Source of the DNA: a virus
Lineage: Duplodnaviria; Heunggongvirae; Uroviricota; Caudoviricetes
Direction: 5' to 3' (one strand)
Virus record (IMG/VR): IMGVR_UViG_3300020577_007233
Span: 32,001-96,000 of that record
DNA length: 64,000 bases
Numbering within the stretch: position 1 is the first letter of the stretch; every line of letters begins with the position of its first letter. The notes beneath the pieces were generated by a model. It made no database searches and was not told the origin of the DNA. It saw only the letters and a program-made list of their open reading frames with translations. Positions 7,723-17,237 of this stretch are shown here, one piece after another. A program made the position numbers and the translations under genes.

Positions 7723-8342
7723 TTCTTACGAATGACTTTTTCCTGCGGCTTGGCTTTTGAAAGAGCTTTCTGTCTTTCAGACAGGATTGACTGAGCCTCT
7801 TCTTCTGTAAGCTGCACTTGATTTGCTGTATTAGAAAGAGTTTGCATAGGAATAGCTCCTTCTATGCTATCTTGAATGCCTTGAATTCGCTCTTGTTCCT
7901 GTTTTAATAGGTCTTGCATATCTTCGGGAGCATCTTCAAAATCTTCGCCGCTATCTTCCTCAAGATCTACTTCTACAACATTTTTGATTTGCTTGTTGCC
8001 AACTTTCAGTGGATTCACTTTGGGTTTAGCAACAGCAATATTGGGTCTAGGAAGGGGAGTGCGAGAGACTGGTGCTGCTGTTGTTTTTGGAAGCCTTTGC
8101 GGAGCAGCAGGCGCTGGCAGAGAACGTCTTCCTTCAATGATTCCTTGTTCAACAAGAAAATCTGAAACTTCGGAGAACATTCCAGCAGGAAAACTGATTG
8201 CAGGTTCCCCTTCTTCGGAAAGGACCGTTATGGTTGGACCATACTCCTCGCTGCTATGAAAGCGAAGAGTAATAGAATACGGGTGATCGTTAGACTCAAA
8301 TTCGTATTCGAAGTCAATCTTTTTGTTCGACTTTATTGCCAT
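7719..8342 (-). CDS. hypothetical protein with Pro-rich and acidic low-complexity regions
   Basis: 207-aa ORF coupled to neighbours. Confidence 0.65.
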   Translation of the reverse strand: MAIKSNKKIDFEYEFESNDHPYSITLRFHSSEEYGPTITVLSEEGEPAISFPAGMFSEVSDFLVEQGIIEGRRSLPAPAAPQRLPKTTAAPVSRTPLPRPNIAVAKPKVNPLKVGNKQIKNVVEVDLEEDSGEDFEDAPEDMQDLLKQEQERIQGIQDSIEGAIPMQTLSNTANQVQLTEEEAQSILSERQKALSKAKPQEKVIRKK

Positions 8343-8538
8343 GTGTTTCCCCTAATATCTTTCTTCGCAAATACTCTCTTATGATGTTTTGCGCTACAAC
8401 GAGTTTTTCTTCATGTTCCCTGACAAACTTGGGCTTAGTTTCTGGAGGAATGTATTTTTCGCAACCATAACAAATGGTTCCATAAACATTGTCTCTTTCA
8501 GCATTCTGAGAACCGCAAAATGGACAAGAAAAACCCAT
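8314..8538 (-). CDS. small zinc-ribbon protein
   Basis: CPFC...CYGC; start moved to MGFSC at 8538, 1 nt after the upstream stop. Confidence 0.65.
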   Translation of the reverse strand: MGFSCPFCGSQNAERDNVYGTICYGCEKYIPPETKPKFVREHEEKLVVAQNIIREYLRRKILGETHGNKVEQKD

Positions 8539-8539
8539 A

Positions 8540-9007
8540 TCAACTGTTATCGTCATTATCGTCGCTAGTGGCTGAATCAAACTCTCTATCCAGTCTAGTT
8601 CCAAACTTCTTATCTAAATGATCAGAATCAACAATATAGGTTTCCCACTCTTTCTTCCAAAAGGGAAGCCAAGCATCAACAACCGAAGGCAAAGGCTCTG
8701 GCGTTTTCCAACCATATTCGTTTGCCCAGTAGGTCAGAAACCGTATATCTTGATTGTGAAGATCTCTAGTAGACGGGTAGTATTCAGCAATATATACTTT
8801 GCCAGTATTGTAGAAATGACAAATCATACCAACATAGCCAAATGGACTCATAATAGTGACTGTTGACCTAATCATCCAGTCTTTTTTCTTGCCTTCAGCG
8901 CCCGTTTTAGCTATATCAGAAGACATTATTTCACAAACTTTGTCGAAGCGACCATTCGCTTCAAGCATAGTTAAATCATTGAACTGAACATCAAACTCAA
9001 CTTCCAT
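8540..9007 (-). CDS. hypothetical protein
   Basis: ORF in the operon; likely start MEVEF at 9007, overlapping the MTase stop. Confidence 0.6.
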   Translation of the reverse strand: MEVEFDVQFNDLTMLEANGRFDKVCEIMSSDIAKTGAEGKKKDWMIRSTVTIMSPFGYVGMICHFYNTGKVYIAEYYPSTRDLHNQDIRFLTYWANEYGWKTPEPLPSVVDAWLPFWKKEWETYIVDSDHLDKKFGTRLDREFDSATSDDNDDNS

Positions 9008-9866
9008 TAAGAATGTCCTCTTGCGGCAGTTCTTCCTTATTACCATTTCGCTCTTTTACCTGAGCGATTCTCTGAGAACGAGGAACATAGTCGCTAGCAA
9101 GTATATCGTCAAAAGAGTTAATCCGTTCAATAGCGTACTTAACATCTTTCTCAGAATTATCTATTCCAATGTAGTTTCTGCCAAGCATCTTGGCTACAAA
9201 ACCAGTTGTTCCTGTTCCCATAAAGGGGTCAACAACCGTGTTACCTCTATATGAGAAAAGTTTGATAATTCTTGTGGCAAGCTCTTCAGGAAATGGAGCG
9301 GGATGATCGTTGTGATTTTTTGTTTCTGGCTGAATAAACCATGTACTGAAAGTCCATTCTTGAAACTCTTCAGGAGTCATGTCTGAAAGCTCTTGATCTC
9401 CCTCAAGCTTCCAGTCGCCTTTTGACCAAACAAGAACGTATTCATGATTTCTTCTAATTGCAGGGTTAGAACAAGACATATAGGAACCGAAAGCTGTAGC
9501 TCTACCAGACCAGTTCTGCTTGTACCAACAAATTTCGGTCCTAAACTTCAGCCCAATTTCTCTTGCAATATTAACCAGATCGCCGTATATTGGCCTCATA
9601 TACTCATCATCATCTTGCCTATTCCTAACTGAATCTATGTTGATAACAAGCCTGCCTCCATTGACAAGTATTCTTTCGCTCTCTACGAATATCTTTTTCA
9701 ACCAATCAACATAAACCTTGTATGGATCATCATCATTACGATTACGATAACCTTCAAGCTGAATGTTATAAGGCGGAGAAGAAAAAACAAGGTGAACGCT
9801 ATTGCTTGGTATTTTAGCAAGACCATCAAGAACATCATCAAGCATTACTGTATTCAAAACGCTCAT
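8997..9866 (-). CDS. DNA methyltransferase, N4-cytosine/N6-adenine beta class
   Basis: SSPPYN (motif IV) before HPAPFP and VDPFMGTGTT (motif I). Confidence 0.92.
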   Translation of the reverse strand: MSVLNTVMLDDVLDGLAKIPSNSVHLVFSSPPYNIQLEGYRNRNDDDPYKVYVDWLKKIFVESERILVNGGRLVINIDSVRNRQDDDEYMRPIYGDLVNIAREIGLKFRTEICWYKQNWSGRATAFGSYMSCSNPAIRRNHEYVLVWSKGDWKLEGDQELSDMTPEEFQEWTFSTWFIQPETKNHNDHPAPFPEELATRIIKLFSYRGNTVVDPFMGTGTTGFVAKMLGRNYIGIDNSEKDVKYAIERINSFDDILASDYVPRSQRIAQVKERNGNKEELPQEDILNGS

Positions 9867-9868
9867 AT

Positions 9869-10636
9869 TTACTCCAAAAGAATATCAACTTTTACTGCAT
9901 CAAGCCGTGATCTAGTTATTTCGATTGCTTTTGAGTTTTTGTCGCTTCCAACCACGAATCTATCTAAGCTCAATCCTGCTTCTAGAAAAGAACCACTGCC
10001 ACAAAAGGGGTCGAGTATTCTGTCTTTAGGATTGCTCCAGGTTTCAACAATTCGCTGCATCAGTTTTAACGGCTTCTGTGTCGCATACCCAGTTTTCTCT
10101 GGCTCGTTTCGACATATCGCAGGAATGTCAATCCACCAATCCTCAAGCAATTTTCCCCTCTTTTCGTAATGCTCCCAAGGAATCTTGTCCTTGGACCAGG
10201 CAGCATCACCGCCAACATGCATTTTGGTCTTATACGGAATTCTTGGCTGATTGAAGACGTAGTTTCCTGTTCCATACCATAAGATCGTATTATGCTTGCG
10301 AGGGAGCCATCTTTTAGCGCTTGCAGGATTACTAAAGCACCATATGATTTCGTTCCTGTAATTATCCCGTCCAAAAAGTTCATCCATTATCACCTTTATG
10401 TAGTGAATTGCTTTCCCGTCCATATGCACAAGTATATTGGCATCTGGATTCATAAGTTTCTTGATATTGAATAGCCTGTCCTTCATGTAAGCAAGAAAAC
10501 CCTCAAAAGTATCACCAACACCATAGTAAATATCCTCAGACTCGCAACTATAGGGAGGGTCAAGATATACCAAGGAAACTGGATCAGTGAGCAGTTCCTT
10601 GCAGTCAACATTATGAAGCTCATAATTACTTTTCAT
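9869..10636 (-). CDS. DNA methyltransferase, N6-adenine beta class
   Basis: YLDPPY, NEIIW, YATQKP, LDPFCGSGS. Confidence 0.92.
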   Translation of the reverse strand: MKSNYELHNVDCKELLTDPVSLVYLDPPYSCESEDIYYGVGDTFEGFLAYMKDRLFNIKKLMNPDANILVHMDGKAIHYIKVIMDELFGRDNYRNEIIWCFSNPASAKRWLPRKHNTILWYGTGNYVFNQPRIPYKTKMHVGGDAAWSKDKIPWEHYEKRGKLLEDWWIDIPAICRNEPEKTGYATQKPLKLMQRIVETWSNPKDRILDPFCGSGSFLEAGLSLDRFVVGSDKNSKAIEITRSRLDAVKVDILLE

Positions 10637-11261
10637 AAGCCCTCAAGTTACGAATGTTTTGTATCTCTTCCTGCTTCATTTTTTCAATATACATAAGATA
10701 CCTTTGCTTAGTTCTCTTAGGCAATGCATTAGACAATTGCTCAAGCTCTTCAAGATTCTGTATTAGAACCAAACTATCAGTTAAAGAAAAGACCTTTTCG
10801 GCTATGTCTAGTTCCTCTTTATCAAAATTCACTCTAACCAGAAAGTCATGCATATGAACTCCGATGAAAAGAGACGCAGCGAGTATAGACTCGCTCTTAT
10901 CTGTCTTTTCGTCAGAATTGATAGTGATGATTATTTCCCTAAGCAATGAATCGAGAACATCGTCGATGTTGATATTCAAGCCAGCGGAAAGTTTCTTGAT
11001 TGAATCTTTTATTGATATCTGTTCATATGCAGCAACAAGCTGAATAATGCTGCCAGCGTGTTTGCATCCATAACAATAAAAATCCTGCCTATCAGGCTTG
11101 TCATAGACAAAGAATGATGGAGTGTTGTCATTGTTATGTCCTGGCAAAGGACAACGATATCTCAGTCTATCACCATCTTGACTCGCGCAGCGTATGCCCT
11201 TAGACGTTAGATAGTCTGTAATTTTTGCTGACTTAGCTATAGTGTCAAGAATAAAGCTCAT
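10626..11261 (-). CDS. CHC2 zinc-finger protein (DnaG primase zinc-binding domain) without TOPRIM domain
   Basis: CPLPGH..DNTPSF...FYCYGC...GSII; the C-terminal half is helical and no RNA-polymerase/TOPRIM motifs are seen. Confidence 0.85.
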   Translation of the reverse strand: MSFILDTIAKSAKITDYLTSKGIRCASQDGDRLRYRCPLPGHNNDNTPSFFVYDKPDRQDFYCYGCKHAGSIIQLVAAYEQISIKDSIKKLSAGLNINIDDVLDSLLREIIITINSDEKTDKSESILAASLFIGVHMHDFLVRVNFDKEELDIAEKVFSLTDSLVLIQNLEELEQLSNALPKRTKQRYLMYIEKMKQEEIQNIRNLRAYEK

Positions 11262-11269
11262 CTATAGTT

Positions 11270-12835
11270 TCAGAAGAAGTCTTCTGCCTTTTGGGATGAT
11301 TTAGGCTTCTTTGTTAGCGGCGCTGGAGGGGGTGTCGGATCGAAAGACAAATCTAAGTCTGGATTTTTTGGTATGCCGTCATCCGCTTTCTTGATGAACT
11401 CCGAAACTTCTGGATCTATACCATAGGCAGAGATATTCAAATCAATAGGTGCCGAAACTTTTCCAATGCTCGCATGAACCTCAAGAGTTGCCTTTGTTTC
11501 GTTACGGAACTTGCCAAACATGGTTGAGCCGTATCTTGACTTGACACAGAACAAGTAAAGCTTTTCTTTAGGTTGATCTGGATGAGGAAACTGAACATAG
11601 ATGTTATCTGCATCAGCAGAGAAGTCGTGAGAACCCCTCAGCGCATCCGAACCAACAGTTTGTTTGCCGTCCTTTTGGTTGCGAAGAGACTTAATCGCTT
11701 CTCTGTTCAACTGAACAGCCGAAACAACGCCAAAACCCATTTTGCGCCCAAGCTGTCGAAGATCCTTGCACATCTGACCATACCAACTGTGTTCAGCGAG
11801 CTTCTGATACCAAGTCTCTGGACTAAGAATAGAGATATAGTCAACAATAACAACGCGAGGCTTGAAGAAATGCTTACGCTTCTCTAGCTCGGCTCTAATC
11901 TTTGATACTGTCATTCTTTCTTGAGCATCAAGAATAGCAAACTTGGAGCTTATCATCTTGAACGACTCGGCAGCCGTTTTGATCTTCATCTTATCTTCTG
12001 GTTTCAACAAATCTGGCTTGCTTATTCTTTCTGAATCAACGCCAGATTCTCTTGAAATCAATCTCTGCATAAGTCTGTTTTTGGGCATTTCAAGAGAAAC
12101 ATAAAGTACATTTTCATTGTTAAGCTTACATACGTTCAGTCCTATGTTAATCATAGTCGCAGACTTAAAACCACCAACATCTGCAACAATAAGAGTAAGA
12201 GAACCTGGATCTAATCCCATTGGCATAGTTTCATCAAAAGGCTTGATACCTGTTGGCAGAACTTTCTTGGGGTTCTTGATCTCTTCCTCAACGGAATTGT
12301 ACCATTCGTCTGCAAATTCATCTACATTAACCCAAGAAGCGGCTGATGTATCGCTTGAACTTGATATAAGAAGGCTAAGGTTTTCGGAGAAATTCTGTAC
12401 AGCCGAAAGATAGTTCTGAGACTGTTCCTTTTGGAACTTGTCAAACAAAATACTACTTTCAACCTTGATAAATTGTTCTCTAACCTTGCGGCATATTAGC
12501 TGAAAGTCTGCCGAATCAACCTTGTCTAAATTGACAACAAGCTGAAAGACTCTCTTCTCGTTTGTATGAGCAATAATAGTGCTTTCAATATCAGTTCCGG
12601 TCCACTTTCGATAGTCGCCGTTAGAAGCTGCCCTGTTTACAAAGTCTAGATAGTAGTTTTCGGTAAACTGCTGAGAGTTCTTATGAGCATCTTCAATAGC
12701 ATAAACAAGAGGTCTAAACTTGTGAGCAAAATACTCTGGACCTAGTTCAAGTGATAGAAACTCTGGAATGAATTTCTGATCGTTAATAAGAAGATTTAGC
12801 AGTTTTTCTTGCGATTCTGATTCAGTTATTGCCAT
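11270..12835 (-). CDS. dnaB: DnaB-like replicative helicase
   Basis: LPTGIKPFD, Walker A-like ADVGGFKS, YVSLEM, VIVDYI, SAVQLNR, DAD. Confidence 0.88.
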   Translation of the reverse strand: MAITESESQEKLLNLLINDQKFIPEFLSLELGPEYFAHKFRPLVYAIEDAHKNSQQFTENYYLDFVNRAASNGDYRKWTGTDIESTIIAHTNEKRVFQLVVNLDKVDSADFQLICRKVREQFIKVESSILFDKFQKEQSQNYLSAVQNFSENLSLLISSSSDTSAASWVNVDEFADEWYNSVEEEIKNPKKVLPTGIKPFDETMPMGLDPGSLTLIVADVGGFKSATMINIGLNVCKLNNENVLYVSLEMPKNRLMQRLISRESGVDSERISKPDLLKPEDKMKIKTAAESFKMISSKFAILDAQERMTVSKIRAELEKRKHFFKPRVVIVDYISILSPETWYQKLAEHSWYGQMCKDLRQLGRKMGFGVVSAVQLNREAIKSLRNQKDGKQTVGSDALRGSHDFSADADNIYVQFPHPDQPKEKLYLFCVKSRYGSTMFGKFRNETKATLEVHASIGKVSAPIDLNISAYGIDPEVSEFIKKADDGIPKNPDLDLSFDPTPPPAPLTKKPKSSQKAEDFF

Positions 12836-13691
12836 TTTGTACTCCCACAGGTATCAACCAAGTATCTTTGGCAGTAACCATTTTCTGAAAACTGTAACCA
12901 AGCGACGTAGTATAGTCTTTATCGAAAGCATCAAATTCACAAATCAATATTGTAGGAAGTTTCGCCTCCATCCTTGACATCAAGAAATCATCAAAAGTCG
13001 TCAGGAAATTCTGATGATTAAAGTCGTTTGATGTTGCTGTTTCGCTGATATCGTCAATACACAACCAATCGCATTCTTTGAGGTCACTGCCTCGTTCCGT
13101 CTTAAGCCTAAGATCTTGCTTTAGTGTTTGATATGAAACTAGAGCGTATGTATCTGCTCTATTCGTATTGTATAGTCTGCGCCAAATTGCTTCTTTCAAA
13201 ACCAAGCAACCAATAAGAGTCTTGCCAGTAGGCATTGACTTTAGCGGTAATCCGCCTTTCTTGGCTTTTACAGGCGAACCATGAATAACCATATTAGCTC
13301 CCTCAAGGAACCTGTTATCCATTTTGGATGCTCTATTGTAGTCTTCTCTTGATACAAACAAGCTTGGGTCTGCATCGCCAAACAAGAACTCGCCAAGAAT
13401 CTTTTGGATTGTTAGCTTATTCTCTTTCCAAACGTCTATTTCTGAACCATCTTTTGATATGATGGCTCCTCTAGCATTATGAAAATTCAGATCCCTATAC
13501 TGCTCAGGAATGATATGGTCAATCAGTCCTCTAACCTCAGCAAATCTGCGACAGAAACACCCGCCCGCTCTGCTGCACTCATCGTTTCCTTTGTAATACT
13601 GACAAACATCAGGCGTACCATCAGCCTTTTTACCTGCTGTTCTGTAAAAGTTGAAACGATAATACTTGATAAGTGTACTAAGGTCTAGCAT
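12822..13691 (-). CDS. DnaC/IstB-like helicase-loader ATPase
   Basis: N-terminal Cys cluster, IPEQY, interrupted Walker A (HGSP...PTGKT), Walker B WLCIDDI, R....LPTIL; adjacent to dnaB. Confidence 0.7.
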   Translation of the reverse strand: MLDLSTLIKYYRFNFYRTAGKKADGTPDVCQYYKGNDECSRAGGCFCRRFAEVRGLIDHIIPEQYRDLNFHNARGAIISKDGSEIDVWKENKLTIQKILGEFLFGDADPSLFVSREDYNRASKMDNRFLEGANMVIHGSPVKAKKGGLPLKSMPTGKTLIGCLVLKEAIWRRLYNTNRADTYALVSYQTLKQDLRLKTERGSDLKECDWLCIDDISETATSNDFNHQNFLTTFDDFLMSRMEAKLPTILICEFDAFDKDYTTSLGYSFQKMVTAKDTWLIPVGVQNGNN

Positions 13692-13737
13692 AAATGACTT
13701 TTCGGCTTACTAAAGAATGAGCTAACAACAAAGCACG

Positions 13738-16725
13738 TTAATTGCTCAAATCAAGATTGATAGCATCTTTTTTCAGGTTTGACTCTGATGCTTCTTCTAT
13801 TGTGTTTGCAAACTTACATCTACCCTTTGCCCACTCTCTCATTTGTTCAAATTCTTTGTCTCTCGTTTTTGACAAAGGAGAAATAGTAGAACAGGATTTG
13901 AGTATGTCTTTGGAAGTTATCTTTCTTTTGCCGTCGCAAAAACACTCAAACATTGAATCTTCAATGGCTTTTTCAATTTCAGCACCGCTAAAGCCTTTTG
14001 TATGAGAAGCAAGGGCGTCAAGATTGAACTCAGAAGAATCATGCTTGAATCTCTTAAGCAGAACATCAAAAATCTGTCGTCTACCAGCTTCGCCAGGCAA
14101 ATCAACAAAAAATACTTCATCAAACCTGCCTGCTCGCATAAACTCAGGAGGAATGTCTTGAACATTGTTAGCCGTGCAAATAACGAAAACAGGAGCCGTC
14201 TTTTCTTGAAGCCATGTCAAAAACGTTCCGATGACTCGCTTTGTTGTTCCGCTATCACCAGAACCTGCCCCTACACCACCAGCAAGACCTTTCTCAATTT
14301 CATCTGCCCAAAGTATGCAATTGTGACAGAGAAAACCGTTAGCAAAGAAATTGTTATTGCCTTCGCAGGAAAGATCGTATGCAAACTGCATACCAACAGA
14401 CTCGATTTTCTGTATCTTGACAGAAATAACATCTGACTCAACAAGCTTAGTTATTGGGCAAGATGAATCACTCTTGAACTTCTTCTTCAAGAACATATTC
14501 AACATAGAAGCCGCCCCATGCTGCATCATTACAGCATCTTCTTCAAATCCGCAGATTTGACTGTACTTGCTTTCGGTAACTCCAAAATTAGACTTAAGGT
14601 AAGCCAAAGATTTACCAAATTTATAGCCAACCATATCAATCAAAAGCGGACGATTGAGTTCGATATGATTCATAAAACCTGCCACGCTAGTAACGGAGGT
14701 TTTTGACAAGTATGGCAACTCAGCAAGAAGCGTTCTAATGAATAGCGGGTCAAGAATAATAGCTGTTCTCAAAGACTTAGAAGCGATAATACCATAAACC
14801 AGAAGCGATTTGCGCAATCTATCAAACGAAGCTTCTGTCTGTATTGGAAATGAAACATAAGGCTTACGAGGGGTTTCTTCGTCCCTATCTACAAAACCAA
14901 TTTGGCCGCCAGCATGAAAGAACCCTCCAAGATACGACTGCAAGGCGTCCATATCTTGAGAGCCAAGATCCCGCAAGAAGGCGCTAATAGCCTCGGCAAC
15001 AACCTTGTTCTTCAACCTTACAAAGCTATCGCCTATCTCCGGTTCAGTAAGGAAAGTCTGGCTCATATAGAAAGCAAAGATATGTCTCGTTGATGAGTTG
15101 TTGCTCGAAAAGAGAATATCGCCAGTTTCTGTGTTACAGTTTCCATTGGAATCTATCATTCCAGCTATGGTTGCCACTCCTTCAAGGCTCGTCATGGGTA
15201 CGGAAATATCAGCGCAATGCAAATTACCGCCAACTCTCGAAACCGCCTTCGTCCCCTTTGCGGTAGGGAATAGTTCTTGAATTTGGAAGCTCTTTACATC
15301 TCTCTTGAGATATTTAGGCATAACAAGAGCATCATTAGCGGCAAGCTTACTTGCCTCAACCCAAATTAAGTCGCCATCTCGGTTCACCATCATCTTATGA
15401 TTGCGAGTAACTTCAATAGAACCAGCAGAAGTTGTGATTTTCAGCATGCTCTTCTTTCGGGCATGCTTAATAACGGCCTTGACCTTTGTTTTCTCTATCT
15501 TCCAGGTCTTTTCATTCAAGGCATAGATATACATTGGTTTATCGCCATTGCCTGCGTCAATAAGATCTTTGATCTTAAAACTCTTGCCTTCGTGATCGTA
15601 AACAATGGAATCACCGCTAACGCATGGAGCAATCGTTTCGGACAGCTTAATAGCATGGCGAGCAATCTTTTCGCTTTCTCCAACAAGGGAATTGAACATC
15701 TTGCCAAAGTCAAGCCTAAGCAAAGGCATCTCATACATTGTTGATGCGGCCTTAGCGGTCAAGCTTTTACCACAACCTGGTAATCCAAGCAAAAGTACAC
15801 CCTTTGGCGGCTTAAGACCATAAGATGCAGCGTCCTTTGAAAAGGAAACTCTTCTAATGTTCATCCAACGAGCAAGGTTATCAAGACCTCCAACATCGTT
15901 CATATTTACTTGCGAGTCAACGTATTCAAGAACATCGGTTTTCTTGATGATCTGTTTCTTTTCCTGAAGAATCATTCCGATATCTAAGGGCTTTAGTCCA
16001 AGTTGATTCGCCATAACAATAGACTTGGAATAAGCTTGATTTGCCTCTGTTAACGTAAGACCCTTAACAGCGTTGACAAGCTCTTCTTCTTGTTTGTTGA
16101 TAATCTTCGATATCGTTGGCATACTGGCAATGATTTTATCTGCGCTTGTAAGAGAATGCAAAACGGATTTGATTTCCTGTTCGTTAGGGAACGGGAAGTC
16201 AAGAATTGCAACCTCTTTCTCAAGGGCTGGATTGCCAATGAAACTTGGACCAGTAAAGATCACATGAGAGTTAGAAACAAGCCTATTCAGGTACTTGATT
16301 TGTCTCTCAATCTGAGGGTTACATCTATCTGGACTCAGATAGCGGTAGAAATCACAAAGAATAAAGATAGAGCCATTGCCTTCGATCTTTTTCTTTTCTT
16401 CGTTCTCAAGTTCGTCAATAATGAAAGCGAGTATCTGTTCTGGATATCTCAAATCAAGCGTTGAATTCGTCTGTAAAGGAGCCTTCTTGCCAAGACTACG
16501 AAGAAGCTTGAAGCAATCCCATTCAAAAGCCTGGTAGCCTCGGTCTTTCGAAACGCTATCAAGATATTCCAGCAATCGTTTCTCATCGCTGCTTGAGATA
16601 TAGATTACTTTGGTTCTTGTTCTAAGTAGAGCAATAAGACTGTTGGCAAAATCAACAGTCGCCATTCCAAGATACTTCTTCCTGAAATCCTGACTATCAG
16701 TTGGTAGGCTCGTTTCTTTCGGCAT
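13738..16725 (-). CDS. Ycf46-like AAA+ ATPase containing an intein
   Basis: DVGGLDNL, PKGVLLLGLPGCGKS, LLRLDFG, VGESE, (intein), CILWADEIEK, PPEFMRAGRFDEVFFVDLP, GFSGAEIE. Confidence 0.9.
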   Translation of the reverse strand: MPKETSLPTDSQDFRKKYLGMATVDFANSLIALLRTRTKVIYISSSDEKRLLEYLDSVSKDRGYQAFEWDCFKLLRSLGKKAPLQTNSTLDLRYPEQILAFIIDELENEEKKKIEGNGSIFILCDFYRYLSPDRCNPQIERQIKYLNRLVSNSHVIFTGPSFIGNPALEKEVAILDFPFPNEQEIKSVLHSLTSADKIIASMPTISKIINKQEEELVNAVKGLTLTEANQAYSKSIVMANQLGLKPLDIGMILQEKKQIIKKTDVLEYVDSQVNMNDVGGLDNLARWMNIRRVSFSKDAASYGLKPPKGVLLLGLPGCGKSLTAKAASTMYEMPLLRLDFGKMFNSLVGESEKIARHAIKLSETIAPCVSGDSIVYDHEGKSFKIKDLIDAGNGDKPMYIYALNEKTWKIEKTKVKAVIKHARKKSMLKITTSAGSIEVTRNHKMMVNRDGDLIWVEASKLAANDALVMPKYLKRDVKSFQIQELFPTAKGTKAVSRVGGNLHCADISVPMTSLEGVATIAGMIDSNGNCNTETGDILFSSNNSSTRHIFAFYMSQTFLTEPEIGDSFVRLKNKVVAEAISAFLRDLGSQDMDALQSYLGGFFHAGGQIGFVDRDEETPRKPYVSFPIQTEASFDRLRKSLLVYGIIASKSLRTAIILDPLFIRTLLAELPYLSKTSVTSVAGFMNHIELNRPLLIDMVGYKFGKSLAYLKSNFGVTESKYSQICGFEEDAVMMQHGAASMLNMFLKKKFKSDSSCPITKLVESDVISVKIQKIESVGMQFAYDLSCEGNNNFFANGFLCHNCILWADEIEKGLAGGVGAGSGDSGTTKRVIGTFLTWLQEKTAPVFVICTANNVQDIPPEFMRAGRFDEVFFVDLPGEAGRRQIFDVLLKRFKHDSSEFNLDALASHTKGFSGAEIEKAIEDSMFECFCDGKRKITSKDILKSCSTISPLSKTRDKEFEQMREWAKGRCKFANTIEEASESNLKKDAINLDLSN
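14320..15624 (-). mobile_element. intein (435 aa) with a degenerate LAGLIDADG-type endonuclease domain
   Basis: Starts CVSGDS; block B IEVTRNHKM; ends AYDLSC...NFFANGFLCHN followed by extein Cys; removal restores IAP-CILWADE; endonuclease-like blocks IAGMIDSNG and YLGGFFHAGG. Confidence 0.93.
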
Positions 16726-17227
16726 TAGCAGATTCTCTCAAGGGTTTTAGCACAACGAAAACAACGTTGTCCATAACCTTCAAATCGTCCCATTTGGCAA
16801 TATCAGAGAAGTCTGCCACGCTTTGTTTAAGCAGGTCTTTGGCTGTGTTCATAAACGCCCTTTCCCTGCCTTTTAGTTGTATTCCGAACTTGACTATGCA
16901 CTTCTTTTCAAGCATGCCTCGGATCTTGTTCTTCTTCACTTTGATGTCGTTAGAACCAGTAGTTAGGTGAAACATCATTTCTTTTGTCTCTACAGGTTTA
17001 CTGGTCACTTTTTTTGAAGCTTCAAACTTCATCTTACCAACATCAGCAAACTTACAGATAGGAATACCATTGTTATGCTTAGCGACTTGAACAAGATCGA
17101 GACCCTTTTCTTTTGCCGTAGAAATGGCAAATCTCTTATTAGTCTCACCCTTGTTGACTCCATTTTCGTCAATAAGAATAACAACCGCTCCATAAATCTC
17201 TTCGTTCGCAAAAATTCTAGTGTTCAC
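16697..17227 (-). CDS. infC: translation initiation factor IF-3
   Basis: ANEEI...VILIDENG..KG...A.EKGLDLVQVA....PICKFAD.GK.KFE, KEMMF, KGRE; probable GTG start at 17227 after GAGGAG. Confidence 0.9.
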   Translation of the reverse strand: MNTRIFANEEIYGAVVILIDENGVNKGETNKRFAISTAKEKGLDLVQVAKHNNGIPICKFADVGKMKFEASKKVTSKPVETKEMMFHLTTGSNDIKVKKNKIRGMLEKKCIVKFGIQLKGRERAFMNTAKDLLKQSVADFSDIAKWDDLKVMDNVVFVVLKPLRESANAERNEPTN

Positions 17228-17237
17228 TTCATTCTCC

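Noticed and set aside
17223-17233. Mini-ORF ATG AAG TGA overlapping the IF-3 GTG start as a regulatory uORF
   Set aside because: The ATG is only 1 nt from the GAGGAG element, too close for efficient initiation; likely chance.
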